Source: Verrucomicrobiota bacterium | Lineage (GTDB): Bacteria; Verrucomicrobiota; Verrucomicrobiia; Limisphaerales; Palsa-1400 | Direction: 5' to 3' | Length of the DNA: 53,019 nt | Assembly (NCBI GenBank): GCA_049510745.1 | Contig: JBEKYR010000038.1 | Location: forward strand, 1 to 53,019 | Shown: positions 1 to 9,608 of the stretch, piece after piece | How positions within the stretch are numbered: the stretch's first letter is position 1 | Layout of the letters: each line of letters begins with the position of its first letter | Notes under the pieces: generated by a model | Database searches by the model: none | Seen by the model: only the letters and a program-made list of their open reading frames with translations | Told to the model about the DNA's origin: nothing | Translations under genes and position numbers: made by a program

Positions 1-131
1 CCTGTCGCCGCGCCCTGATTTCCGCCGGTGAGATGCCGGCGGGAGGGACCGATCCCGCCTGCGCGCTGCGGCGGCGTCCCGGCCTGGGGATTGTCCAAAA
101 ATTGAGATGCGCCCCGCGTCCCCGGTCGCCT

Positions 132-1784
132 TCAAGGTTTGCGGGCTGGCGGGAGGCCCGGTTCCGCCAGGCTCTCTTGGAGGGTTTTCCTGATGCCGTT
201 GAAGATGTTCTCCGCCAACTGCTCGTTGCCTGCCGGGGTAAAGTGCAGGAGATCGGTGAATTTGCCGTGCTCGCCGTCGAGATGGGGCTGGGTGTTGACG
301 AAGCAGACCCAGGGGTATTTCCGCGCCAGTTCTTCCAGAATGAGGGAATGGACGGCGTTGGCCTTGACGGCCCAGAAGAGGCCCGGACCAAAACCGCCAG
401 CGTAGAAGCCGCTCACCGCCGGGTCGCTCTGCTCGTTGACGGCCATGGAGTAATTGGCGAGGACCAGGCAGATGCCGTTGGCGCGGGCCGCCTGGATCAA
501 TTGGCGGTAGGCGCCGGCGTACTCGGTGTCCAGGGGCCGGGAGATGTCGAGGCCGCCGGGAGAAACCGGCCCTTGCCGCTGGCGCCGGTACCAGGTCATT
601 TTCAGCCGGTATTCGCAATCGGCCAGAAGTTTGAGGGGGCGCTCGCGGTAAGCCGGGGCCGGAGGCCCCCGCGGCCGCTGCAAGGCGCGGTCAATCAAAA
701 AAAATCCATTGAAACCGTGATAGGAAATGATCATGTCCGGTTGAAGCGGAAGGATGTCCCGCGGCAGCCGGGCGAGGTTTTCGCGCAGCGAGTAATAGGG
801 AACGCCGGCGTTGATGACCTCGACCGGACGGCGGGCCGGGAGGCGCTGGCGGATCATCTGCTCCAGCAACTCGGGCCAGGTCTTGTCTTCGCGCCCGAGA
901 TTGAGGCCAAAGGTGGTCGATTCTCCCAAGGCCACAATGCGATAGGCCGGCCCCTTGTCCAGCGGGAACTCCGCCCCGCGAAATCCCCTGCTGTTGATGG
1001 AAATCGGATTGTCAAAGAAATGGCCGCGGCTGTTGGGCCGGAGGCGAAAAGGCAGGGAACCCGCCGGGTCCGGCTCAAAAATCTCCCGGCTCATTTGGTC
1101 CACTTGCTGTTGGTAACACTCCCACCAGCGCGCGAAGGCGGTGGGGTCCCCTTTGGCCCTCTCGTAGGAGTAGAATTCCCCGCCCGTGGGGTGTCGCATT
1201 TCCACGTAGCCGCGGGGGCGGATCATCCAGTCCGCCAACGGCAATCCGACCAACAATAAGATCAACGTGTTGGCCGCCTGCCGGCCCAGGAGAGAGAGGC
1301 GGAACCATGCCTGACACAGGATCAGTGTGGCCACGGTGGCCAGGACCCCGAAACCAAACCTTTCCGGCTCGTTTTGGAAATAGCCGTCCCCCAGCCAAAT
1401 CAGGTCCCCGAAAAACAACCAAGCCACCACCAGCAGTTTCCACGGAGCTTCTTCCGCGGCGTCAACGACTCGACAATACGTCAGGAAAATAGCCGCAGCC
1501 TCCACGCAGGCCAGCATCGTGTAGCAGGTGTCCCAGATGCCGGCCGTGAACAGCAGGCCGCCCCAGGCCAGCAAGCTGCCGCTCCACGCGCCGGCCCAGG
1601 CGGCTTTTCGCAGTCGCGCTGCCGTCGCAGCGGCGGAAAGGCTCAGAATGACCACCCCTGCTCTGGCGGGCCACCCAAGCGGTATCCACGCGACCATTCC
1701 GAGAGCGGCGCCGAGCAGGAGCATTTGCAGCAACCGGTTCAGCCACAACCATCGCCGCAAAACATCACGATGCAAAAACCTCAT
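132..1784 (-). CDS. Membrane-anchored SGNH/GDSL hydrolase family protein
   Basis: Multi-TM N-terminus; SGNH blocks ALGESTTFG, INAGVPYYS, YHGFN, DLLHFT. Confidence 0.8.
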   Translation of the reverse strand: MRFLHRDVLRRWLWLNRLLQMLLLGAALGMVAWIPLGWPARAGVVILSLSAAATAARLRKAAWAGAWSGSLLAWGGLLFTAGIWDTCYTMLACVEAAAIFLTYCRVVDAAEEAPWKLLVVAWLFFGDLIWLGDGYFQNEPERFGFGVLATVATLILCQAWFRLSLLGRQAANTLILLLVGLPLADWMIRPRGYVEMRHPTGGEFYSYERAKGDPTAFARWWECYQQQVDQMSREIFEPDPAGSLPFRLRPNSRGHFFDNPISINSRGFRGAEFPLDKGPAYRIVALGESTTFGLNLGREDKTWPELLEQMIRQRLPARRPVEVINAGVPYYSLRENLARLPRDILPLQPDMIISYHGFNGFFLIDRALQRPRGPPAPAYRERPLKLLADCEYRLKMTWYRRQRQGPVSPGGLDISRPLDTEYAGAYRQLIQAARANGICLVLANYSMAVNEQSDPAVSGFYAGGFGPGLFWAVKANAVHSLILEELARKYPWVCFVNTQPHLDGEHGKFTDLLHFTPAGNEQLAENIFNGIRKTLQESLAEPGLPPARKP

Positions 1785-1805
1785 GAGATGAAGTCCCTTC
1801 CACCG

Positions 1806-1961
1806 TTACTTGACAGGGTACATAAAAGGCGAGAGGGGGGGCGATCCTTGCGTGAAAAAAACCAAACCCGCCAGAACCAAAAAGAAGACCACCAACGGGA
1901 CCAGCCACCATTTCTTTTCCTGGCGCAAGAAACGCAGAGCGTCTTTAAAAACCTTGAGCAC
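1806..1961 (-). CDS. Small membrane protein, DUF5989-like
   Basis: GTG at 1961 with AGGAG upstream; pattern FLRQEKKWWLVP...SPFMY; directly upstream of the SGNH gene, a usual context. Confidence 0.75.
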   Translation of the reverse strand: MLKVFKDALRFLRQEKKWWLVPLVVFFLVLAGLVFFTQGSPPLSPFMYPVK

Positions 1962-2047
1962 AGGCTCCTGTATATCGCGCCGGGTTGAATCCGCAAGCGG
2001 TTTCAGGACGCTTCCCGCGGGGCTTCTCACCCGCCAACGCTGCGGCG

Positions 2048-2539
2048 CTAGTTTGGCGGAACCCGCGCCGTTTGCAGCACGGCCAGCATCGCCGCCCGCT
2101 CCTTGGCCGCCTGGTCCAATTCCCCGTGAACGCAGGCGGCAAAGACGCGGCCGCCGACGCCGAAGAGAACCACTTCCGCGTTGCCCGGATCGCCGTCATC
2201 GGCTTCCGTGCCGGGACCGAGCAACTGCCTTGCGGGAGCGCCGGAGATCGTGATCGTGTTGGTCGCCGTGGCTTTGAAGTTGACAAATTCGCTCTGGATC
2301 AACCCGGCCACGCCCGGAAGCGCGTCGTCCGGCGTTTTGGCGCCGGCCACCGTCCAGAGATGAAGGGCCAGGCTGGGGGTTTGAATGGCGGTGTGGCCGC
2401 CGGTCGTGGCAACCTTCGCGCCCCGGGGGACGCGTAGCGCCAGGACCGGCGCGCCACCCGCCGACACCGTGATGGGCGTGTCCTGGGCCGGGGCACAGGC
2501 GGCGAAACCGGCGATGAACAGAGTTGCGATCAGACGCAT
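2048..2539 (-). CDS. Secreted hypothetical protein
   Basis: Signal peptide MRLIATLFIAGFAACAPA; purine-rich RBS upstream of ATG 2539. Confidence 0.6.
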   Translation of the reverse strand: MRLIATLFIAGFAACAPAQDTPITVSAGGAPVLALRVPRGAKVATTGGHTAIQTPSLALHLWTVAGAKTPDDALPGVAGLIQSEFVNFKATATNTITISGAPARQLLGPGTEADDGDPGNAEVVLFGVGGRVFAACVHGELDQAAKERAAMLAVLQTARVPPN

Positions 2540-2599
2540 GGAGTTTCCTTTCCGTTGAGTCAATACTTGTTTTTTTCGTGACGGCGCTTCTTGAAAGGT

Positions 2600-3436
2600 T
2601 CAGGGGAGCGGCTTGGCGTCCTCCAGGGTGATGGTGACCTCGACGGGAACATTGGCCGGAGGCAGGTTGTTGGTGTTGGCGGTCCAAATCAGGTCGTTGT
2701 CGTGACCCTGGGCGATATTGTTGACCAAGGCGACGGGGTCCGTGACCAGGGAGACAATCGAGCCGTCCATCTGCGCCAGGAAACGGTTTCTGTTGATGAT
2801 CGAGCCGTTGTAAACCCAAAAGCCATGCCCTAAAGCGGACTGGGTGTTGGTATTGAAAACGAGTTCCTCGGCGGTTCGATTGACAGCCGCTCCGTCCTGC
2901 CGCCAATGCACGCCGAGAGCCACCTTGCTTCCCGGAATCGTTTCACTGGAGGGGTGGACGATGGGGCCGGGAACGCCGTTGGACGGGCTGCCGGGAAAAG
3001 CGCCGTTGCCCGCCGGCTGCGCGCCCAGAAGAAGCATGGCCAGGTGAATGTGGTACGGTTCAGCCTCCGTTTTGAGAATACTCTCATGCGTCTTGCCGTA
3101 GGTGGTGACCAGGAAGTATTCCATCGGCCCATGATCCTGGTTGAGAACAGCGGGAAAAGAAATGTGGCGACGGCCCTGGTCCAGCCGGACTTTTCCCACG
3201 TCAAAAATCCCTGGTTCCACCATGCGCAGCGAGGCATTGGTCAGGGCTTCCAATGAGCCTTCCATTGGTTTGGGAGGCGCCACCGGCTTGGGCGAATCAA
3301 CCGGTCGTGCCGGAACATGGGCCGCGTCCGCCGGGAGCCGGGCGGGGGCCACCTCGGCAGGCGCGGTGTCCTGGGCGCCGGCCAGCCCGGCGCCCAGCCA
3401 GAGCGCCGCCGCGAGATGGGCAGTTTTCACGGACAT
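2600..3436 (-). CDS. Secreted YdjY-like domain protein
   Basis: Signal peptide; motif EYFLVTTYGKTHES...HLAMLLLG and WVYNGS. Confidence 0.6.
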   Translation of the reverse strand: MSVKTAHLAAALWLGAGLAGAQDTAPAEVAPARLPADAAHVPARPVDSPKPVAPPKPMEGSLEALTNASLRMVEPGIFDVGKVRLDQGRRHISFPAVLNQDHGPMEYFLVTTYGKTHESILKTEAEPYHIHLAMLLLGAQPAGNGAFPGSPSNGVPGPIVHPSSETIPGSKVALGVHWRQDGAAVNRTAEELVFNTNTQSALGHGFWVYNGSIINRNRFLAQMDGSIVSLVTDPVALVNNIAQGHDNDLIWTANTNNLPPANVPVEVTITLEDAKPLP

Positions 3437-3609
3437 GAGTTATACCATTCCAAACTTCGCGCCAACCCGGCGCCATTGCCGCCAATACACAGGCCGCCTG
3501 CACGAAAGCCCGCGCATCACTTCACTGACCTGATAGTAATGGGTCTCTCCGTTTTTGGCACGCCGAGAAGTCATTGCCAAACGGCGCGGCTTGATTCAGA
3601 AATAGGGCG

Positions 3610-4254
3610 GTGCGCGACCCACATGCCTATCGTTTGGGGATTCTCGGTTCGGGCAAGGGTTCCAATGCCGCCGCCATCGCCGATGCGTGCGCGGCGGGGA
3701 CCCTTCCCGCCCGCGTCGCCGTGGTCATCAGCGACGTGGCCAACGCCGCGATTCTCGACCGGGCGCGCGAGCGCGGGCTGGAGGCGCTGTATATCGCCCC
3801 GGGCAAGTTCCGGTCGAAATTGGACGAAGCGGCGGAGGCGGCGTATCTCCAGGCGCTGCGGAAGGCGGAGGTGGATTTGGTGGTGCTGGCGGGTTTCATG
3901 CGGATTCTCAAGGGGGAAATCCTGCGGGCCTTCGCCCACAAGGTGGTGAACATCCATCCCGCCTTGCTGCCGGCTTTTCCGGGCCTGGAAGCCTGGAAAC
4001 AAGCCCTCGAGTACGGCGTCAAAACGACCGGCGTGACCGTCCATTTCGTCGATCAGGGCATCGACACCGGCCCGATCATCGCGCAGGAGACGACCCCGGT
4101 TTTGCCCGGCGACACCGCGGAAACCTTGCACGCGCGCATCCAGGAAGTGGAGCACAAGCTTTACCCGGTGGTCATCGGCGCGCTGGCGCGGGGAGAAATT
4201 TGGGTGGAAGGACGCCAGACGGTTTGGAGGAATCACGACCGAGAGGCCGCATGA
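3610..4254 (+). CDS. purN: Phosphoribosylglycinamide formyltransferase
   Basis: SGKGSN, LAGFMRIL, NIHPALLPAFPG, GVTVHFVDQGIDTGPII. Confidence 0.96.
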   Translation: MRDPHAYRLGILGSGKGSNAAAIADACAAGTLPARVAVVISDVANAAILDRARERGLEALYIAPGKFRSKLDEAAEAAYLQALRKAEVDLVVLAGFMRILKGEILRAFAHKVVNIHPALLPAFPGLEAWKQALEYGVKTTGVTVHFVDQGIDTGPIIAQETTPVLPGDTAETLHARIQEVEHKLYPVVIGALARGEIWVEGRQTVWRNHDREAA

Positions 4255-4385
4255 AAACCAAAAAGAAAAAGTTGGCTTTGCCGCGCCGGCAATGGAAAAT
4301 CTCCCCGGTCACGCGGGTCAAAGAGTCCGCCAAAAAGTATTCGCGTCCGCGGGCCAAACGCAACGCGGGACAATATGAGCCATAA
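4251..4385 (+). CDS. Small basic hypothetical protein (44 aa)
   Basis: ATG overlaps purN stop (ATGA); [32 protein letters not shown]...; end overlaps hisG start. Confidence 0.55.
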   Translation: MKTKKKKLALPRRQWKISPVTRVKESAKKYSRPRAKRNAGQYEP

Positions 4386-5256
4386 AGAAATTTTGAAATT
4401 GGGATTGCCCAAGGGCAGTCTGCAGGAAGCGGCCATCGCCAAAATGGCCAAGGCCGGCTTTCACATCCAGGTCAGCAGCCGTTCCTACGCGCCCTATGTG
4501 GATGACGAACATCTGATGATCCGCCTCATCCGCGCCCAGGAAATCAGCCGCTACGTCGAGCATGGTTACCTCGACTGCGGCCTGACCGGGCACGATTGGA
4601 TTGTGGAAAACGGCTCGAAGGTCCACGAGGTGGGCGAGTTTCAATTCAGCAAGGCGACCAGCCAGCCGGCCCGGTGGGTGCTGGCCGTGCCGGAGAATTC
4701 CCCCATCCGCTCCCCCAAGGACCTCAACGGCAAGCGCGTCGCCACCGAAGTCGTCAACATTACCAAGCGCTACCTGCGCCGGCACGGCGTCAAGGCGGAA
4801 GTGGAATTTTCCTGGGGCGCCACCGAGGTCAAGGCGCATGAGCTGGTCGATGCCATTGTCGAGATCACCGAGACCGGCTCCTCGCTGCGCGCCAACAACC
4901 TGCGCATTGTCGATACCCTGTTGGTCTCGACGCCGCGCTTGATCGTCAACCACGCTTCGTGGAAGGACCCCTGGAAACGGCAGAAGATAGAAACACTCGC
5001 CCTGCTCCTGCGGGGCGCGCTGGAGGCGGAAAGCAAGGTCGGGCTGAAAATGAACCTGCGGCAAAAGGACCTCGCGCGGCTCTTGCAGACCCTGCCCGCT
5101 TTGCGCAACCCGACGGTGAGCAGTTTAAGCCAGCCGGGCTGGGTGGCGGTGGAAACGATCATTGACGAGAAAGTGGTGCGGGAGTTGATTCCGCAACTGA
5201 AGGCGGCCGGGGCCGAAGGAATTATTGAGTATCCTTTGAATAAAGTGGTATATTGA
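4375..5256 (+). CDS. hisG: ATP phosphoribosyltransferase (long form)
   Basis: [42 protein letters not shown]-terminal regulatory domain. Confidence 0.96.
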   Translation: MSHKEILKLGLPKGSLQEAAIAKMAKAGFHIQVSSRSYAPYVDDEHLMIRLIRAQEISRYVEHGYLDCGLTGHDWIVENGSKVHEVGEFQFSKATSQPARWVLAVPENSPIRSPKDLNGKRVATEVVNITKRYLRRHGVKAEVEFSWGATEVKAHELVDAIVEITETGSSLRANNLRIVDTLLVSTPRLIVNHASWKDPWKRQKIETLALLLRGALEAESKVGLKMNLRQKDLARLLQTLPALRNPTVSSLSQPGWVAVETIIDEKVVRELIPQLKAAGAEGIIEYPLNKVVY

Positions 5257-5280
5257 GGCCGCGTAATTAAACAAATCATT

Positions 5281-5382
5281 ATGGGATCACTAAAGAAACG
5301 TCGCAAAAGCAAGATTAACAAACACAAGCGGCGCAAAAAGCTGCGCGCCAACCGCCACAAGAAACGCACCTGGCAGAAGTAA
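5281..5382 (+). CDS. bS22 / AURKAIP1-COX24 (DUF1713)-like small ribosomal protein
   Basis: Read by hand, below the ORF-track cutoff: [33 protein letters not shown]. Confidence 0.85.
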   Translation: MGSLKKRRKSKINKHKRRKKLRANRHKKRTWQK

Positions 5383-5459
5383 GCCAGGCTTGGGATGACC
5401 GGGCGCCGCGGCGCCCCCTCCCGGGCGGAAACGGGTGCCTTTTTGGCGTCGATCTACGC

Positions 5460-7181
5460 ATGAACGCATTTTATTCCATTCTGGCTCTCGGATTGGGCGG
5501 CGTTCTGGTGTCCGGTTGCGCCACGGCAGCCAAGCATCCTTCACCGGCGCCCGTCTCGCAGGAGGCCGGCGCGGAGGAGGACCTGACACCCGATGAGGCG
5601 CGGGAAAGAGCGGCCGGTTTGCCCCTGCCCAAGGGGAACCCGGAGGCCTTTGCCCGCTACGCCGCCGGCGTCAGTTATGAGTTGAACGACGAGGACGAGC
5701 AGGCGGTGCAGCAGTTCGACGAGGCCGCCCTGGCCGATCCGGCCAACGAGCCGTTGGTCGAAGAGCTGACGCGGCGTTTCCTGCGCGACAAGCAAACCGA
5801 CAAGGCGCTGGCGCTGTTGTCCACGTCCGCCCGACGCCCCGAAGCCTCGGCGGAACTTCTAAGCTGGCTGGCGCGGGCACAGTGGCAGGCCGGCCTGACC
5901 AACAAGGCCCTGGCCACCGCCAAGCTCGCCGTGCAACGCCAGCCGGATTTGCTGGACGGCTACGAGTGTCAAGTTGAAATCCTCTTCCACAACCGCCAGT
6001 GGGCCGAGGCGCTCAAAACCCTCCAGCGGGCCGCGGCGGAAATCCGGGCCGATCCCTCCGCCCTGGCCGCGTTGGCCGGCCTCTACGCCGCCTATTTGAA
6101 AGACCACCCCAACGACACCCAGGCCAAAAGCCGGGCCGTCGCCGTCGTGGACCGGGCCGCCCAAATCAAGTTCACCGACGCCCGCCTCTGGCAGCGCCTG
6201 GCCGACGCCTACAGCCGCCTGGACCAGCCCAGGAAAGCGGCCGACATCTACGTGCGGCTGCTCTCCGAGTACCCGGATGCCTCCATGATGCGCGACACCA
6301 TCCACGAGAAGCTGGCCGGGATTTATTTCGAGGTCGAGGACAAGACCAACGCCGCCAAACAACTGCAAGCCATCGTCCGCGACAACCCTACCCGCTACCC
6401 GCGCGCCTGGCTTTTCCTGGGTGAACTGGCCTTCGAGGACAACAAGCTGAGCGAGGCGGTGGACGACTTCCAGAACGCCCTCCATTGGGACCCGTCGATC
6501 GAACAGGCCTATTACGACCTGGCTCTGGCGCAATTGGACCTGCATCAATCGACGGCCGCGTTTCAGACGCTGGATCAGGCCCGCCAACGGTTTCCAAAGA
6601 CGTTCTCCTGCGAGTTTTACACCGGGGTGGTCCATGCCCATGTCAAGAATTATGCCGAGGCCATCCGCCACTTCAAGGAGGCCGAAGTCATCGGGCTGGC
6701 GACCGACGCCTCCAAGCTGGACCAGCGGTTCTACTTCCAGTTTGGCGCGGCCTGCGAGCGCAACCAGGACTACGGGATGGCGGAGGAATACCTGCAAAAA
6801 TGCGTCAACCTCGCGCCCGATTTCGGCGAAGCGCTCAATTATCTGGGCTACATGCTGGCCGACCGCGGCGAACAATTGCCCCGCGCGCGCGCCTTGATCG
6901 AGAAGGCGGTCAAGCTCGAACCCCGGAACGGCGCCTATCTCGACAGCCTCGGCTGGGTCCTCTTCAAGCTCCACCAGCCGGAGGAGGCCCTGCCGTGGCT
7001 GCTCAAGGCCCAGCAATACACGCCGGAAGCCGACGCCACCGTGCTGGATCACCTGGGCGAGGTCTATATGGCCTTGCATCAGACGGGCAAAGCCATCGAA
7101 GCCTGGAAGAAATCCTTTTCCATCGAAGCCAGCGACGCAGTCAAGCGCAAGCTCGACCTTTATTCCGGCGGCAGTTGGTGA
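5460..7181 (+). CDS. TPR-repeat lipoprotein
   Basis: Lipobox LVSGC; many TPRs; C-terminal ALNYLGY...YLDSLGWV...DHLGEVY. Confidence 0.85.
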   Translation: MNAFYSILALGLGGVLVSGCATAAKHPSPAPVSQEAGAEEDLTPDEARERAAGLPLPKGNPEAFARYAAGVSYELNDEDEQAVQQFDEAALADPANEPLVEELTRRFLRDKQTDKALALLSTSARRPEASAELLSWLARAQWQAGLTNKALATAKLAVQRQPDLLDGYECQVEILFHNRQWAEALKTLQRAAAEIRADPSALAALAGLYAAYLKDHPNDTQAKSRAVAVVDRAAQIKFTDARLWQRLADAYSRLDQPRKAADIYVRLLSEYPDASMMRDTIHEKLAGIYFEVEDKTNAAKQLQAIVRDNPTRYPRAWLFLGELAFEDNKLSEAVDDFQNALHWDPSIEQAYYDLALAQLDLHQSTAAFQTLDQARQRFPKTFSCEFYTGVVHAHVKNYAEAIRHFKEAEVIGLATDASKLDQRFYFQFGAACERNQDYGMAEEYLQKCVNLAPDFGEALNYLGYMLADRGEQLPRARALIEKAVKLEPRNGAYLDSLGWVLFKLHQPEEALPWLLKAQQYTPEADATVLDHLGEVYMALHQTGKAIEAWKKSFSIEASDAVKRKLDLYSGGSW

Positions 7182-7564
7182 AGGTTGTGCATTTCTCCCA
7201 ACATTACACCGTGCCCGAAGCGCGCGCCCTGCTGCCGAAGGTCCGCCAATGGCTGGGCGATTTGGAGTCGTGCCAGAAGCGCCTCCTCGCGCTGGACAAA
7301 GGCGTGGGCGCGTTGACCGCCCGCGGCGACGACGCCGGCGGCGAAGCCGTCAACCAATTGGTGCGGGCGTTGGGTGAAATCCAGGAAATTCTCCTGCAAT
7401 TTCAGCGGCGCGAAATCCAGGTCAAGGACGTGGACCGCGGCCTGGTCGATTTCCCCTCGTTACGCGAGGGGCGCGAGGTCTTTCTCTGCTGGGAAAAGGA
7501 CGAGGAAGACATCGAGTTCTGGCACGACCTGGAATCCGGCTACGCCGGCCGCGAACGGCTCTGA
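7178..7564 (+). CDS. DUF2203 family protein
   Basis: GTG overlapping upstream stop; YTVPEARALLP, GLVDFPS, LCW, WH...GYAGR. Confidence 0.85.
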   Translation: MKVVHFSQHYTVPEARALLPKVRQWLGDLESCQKRLLALDKGVGALTARGDDAGGEAVNQLVRALGEIQEILLQFQRREIQVKDVDRGLVDFPSLREGREVFLCWEKDEEDIEFWHDLESGYAGRERL

Positions 7565-7640
7565 CTGCGGCATCGCTGCAAAGGCCCGATTTTCGATCTC
7601 ATGTCAGTCCCAAATCCTAAGAACCGTTGCAGTACATCCC

Positions 7641-7691
7641 GGGGAGCGCACGCGCCCTCGCGTGCAGCGGTCGGCGCCCCCGCCGACCGCT
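7641..7691. repeat. REP-like double hairpin
   Basis: GCACGCG-ccct-CGCGTGC (7648-7665) abutting AGCGGTCGGCG-cccc-CGCCGACCGCT (7666-7691). Confidence 0.6.
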
Positions 7692-7812
7692 TCTTCGCTC
7701 GCCACGCCGCCCGCCGCCCCATCCATTGGACAAAAGTTTGCACAGCGCCCTTTTCCCTGTCGGGGGTTTTTCCCTTGATTATTCGGCGTCAGAGCTTTAC
7801 TCAAGGCGCAGA

Positions 7813-9069
7813 ATGAACACGAATCTGACCATTCCTGATGGGCTTGCGCCAGGCCAGGACCTTTTACAGATGGCAAACGAGTTTCTCGAAAATTTTCGCC
7901 CGTACGAAACTGAGGTTGGCGGCGGTCTCGTTCTTTATTGTGACGTAAAAAGCGCTGCTTATTATTTGCTGTGTCATCTTAGGGCTTCATGTTTGGCTCA
8001 ACGTTGCGACCTGGAGGCGACTATTGACGAAGGCGAAGAAGACGAAATCTACAAACTCAATCGAGACATCACTGAAGACGAAGGTGCGTATAAGGCGATG
8101 GAGGAAGATGCTAAAAACGGAAGAACATTCGAGGATATGGTGCTTGAGTACGATACATCATACCGAAAACAAAAGCCTCTTAAGGTTTACGGAGGACAAC
8201 ACCGCATTAGAGCCATCACGAAGGCCTTTGCCACAAAGGTAGATCGAATTCATGGGGTACGCGTTTATTTTTTGCTTTCCCGGGAGCAGAAAGTTGAAAT
8301 TGCGACAGTGAATAACACGTCTATTGCGGTCCCGAATGATTTACTGGACCGAATGCGGGAGCAGTTTTTAGGTAGCGAACTGCGAACTTGGTGTCAGACC
8401 GTCGGTTTGCTTAAGCAAAACCAAGATTTTGCCGATAGGCGAGATCCGGAGATTCCAACTGTCAGAGTAGCACGGACATTGATCGTAAATTTTTATCTCG
8501 GAAGTAGCGCCGACCTCAATGCCTTTCATGAGCCGACGGTTTGTAAATCCGGAGGAATTGATGATGTTTATCTGCGAATTCGTGAGAAAGTGGATTGGAA
8601 AAATGAAGGGCTGATTTCGATGGGTAAAGAATTCGCCAGGTTACACAAAACACAACGCGAAAGAGTTGCGGGGCGCGATAACGACAATTATGCAGAGTTT
8701 GCTCGGAAAGCTTTGTCAATAGCGGTTCTTGCGAGTTGGGCCTACGCGGCGGGCTTGTTTCAGAAGCATCCTGAATACTTGAGGACTCATTACGCTCTTC
8801 CGGATTCAGTAGCAGCACCCGATGATCCGCTGAACGCAAAGGCTCTTTCACAGGCACGAATGAAAGGTATCGATCCTGATACTTATCGTGGCCTTGGTAC
8901 GAGGAGCGGACCTGCCGAGCTTGGCCGAATGCTGGAAGTCTTCTTGGTTCAGTCGATGAAGGCCACAAGAAAGAAGAGGATAACAAAAGAATTGGCAAAT
9001 GCTGCAATACAGTCTTATGAGGCTAAAAAAGCACATCACAGTGCCAACAAAGCTCTTGGAAAGCTATAA
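7813..9069 (+). CDS. DndB/DGQHR-like (ParB/Srx-fold) protein
   Basis: ATG 7813; LNRD...LKVYGGQHRIRAI...VRVYFLLSREQKVEIATVNN follows the DGQHR pattern; visibly AT-richer than flanks. Confidence 0.65.
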   Translation: MNTNLTIPDGLAPGQDLLQMANEFLENFRPYETEVGGGLVLYCDVKSAAYYLLCHLRASCLAQRCDLEATIDEGEEDEIYKLNRDITEDEGAYKAMEEDAKNGRTFEDMVLEYDTSYRKQKPLKVYGGQHRIRAITKAFATKVDRIHGVRVYFLLSREQKVEIATVNNTSIAVPNDLLDRMREQFLGSELRTWCQTVGLLKQNQDFADRRDPEIPTVRVARTLIVNFYLGSSADLNAFHEPTVCKSGGIDDVYLRIREKVDWKNEGLISMGKEFARLHKTQRERVAGRDNDNYAEFARKALSIAVLASWAYAAGLFQKHPEYLRTHYALPDSVAAPDDPLNAKALSQARMKGIDPDTYRGLGTRSGPAELGRMLEVFLVQSMKATRKKRITKELANAAIQSYEAKKAHHSANKALGKL

Positions 9070-9071
9070 TT

Positions 9072-9608
9072 ATGTTCGAGGAATACCTACAGGACGCTTC
9101 GGCGTTTATTGAGATCGCACAGGATCTCACAGACAAGCCAGACAAGAGGTTTGCTCGACGATATTACAGGGCGTCTGCTTTTTGCTTGGCGGGAGCGATA
9201 GAATCCTTCGTCAATTATGTCGCCGACTCGTTCGCACAGGCCGAGAAGCTTCCAGTTCATGAAATCGCTTTTCTAAATGATAAAAAGTTTTCTCCCGAGA
9301 AGGGTGAATTGGTTCAAAAGCCTGAATTTCATCGACTTGAGGACAAACTGAAAATCTTACTGAAGCGCTTTGTCCCGCATTTCGACTTCCAAAGTGGGAT
9401 GTGGCTTTGGTTTATGGAGCTAAAGGATTTGAGGGATTCGTTAATTCATCCGCGGCAAATGGAGGATGAAATGACTCTAACCCAATATCACACGAAACTT
9501 GACAGAGGAATGTCGGGGCTGCTCGACCTTATGGACTGCCTTTCCAAAGCAATATTCAAAAAGCATTTAAGAAAGCAGATTCTTGACCTCAAGCCGGATG
9601 TTTCATGA
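9072..9608 (+). CDS. HEPN-like protein (putative RNase)
   Basis: Helical 178 aa; AIESFVN and RDSLIH (RxxxxH); 2 nt after the upstream stop. Confidence 0.65.
   Translation: MFEEYLQDASAFIEIAQDLTDKPDKRFARRYYRASAFCLAGAIESFVNYVADSFAQAEKLPVHEIAFLNDKKFSPEKGELVQKPEFHRLEDKLKILLKRFVPHFDFQSGMWLWFMELKDLRDSLIHPRQMEDEMTLTQYHTKLDRGMSGLLDLMDCLSKAIFKKHLRKQILDLKPDVS

Noticed and set aside
7627..7812. N-terminal extension of the DGQHR-like ORF
   Set aside because: Translates GC-rich REP-like hairpins; composition shifts near ATG 7813
7813..9069. Part of a Dnd phosphorothioation system
   Set aside because: No dndA/C/D/E or ssp genes in the window
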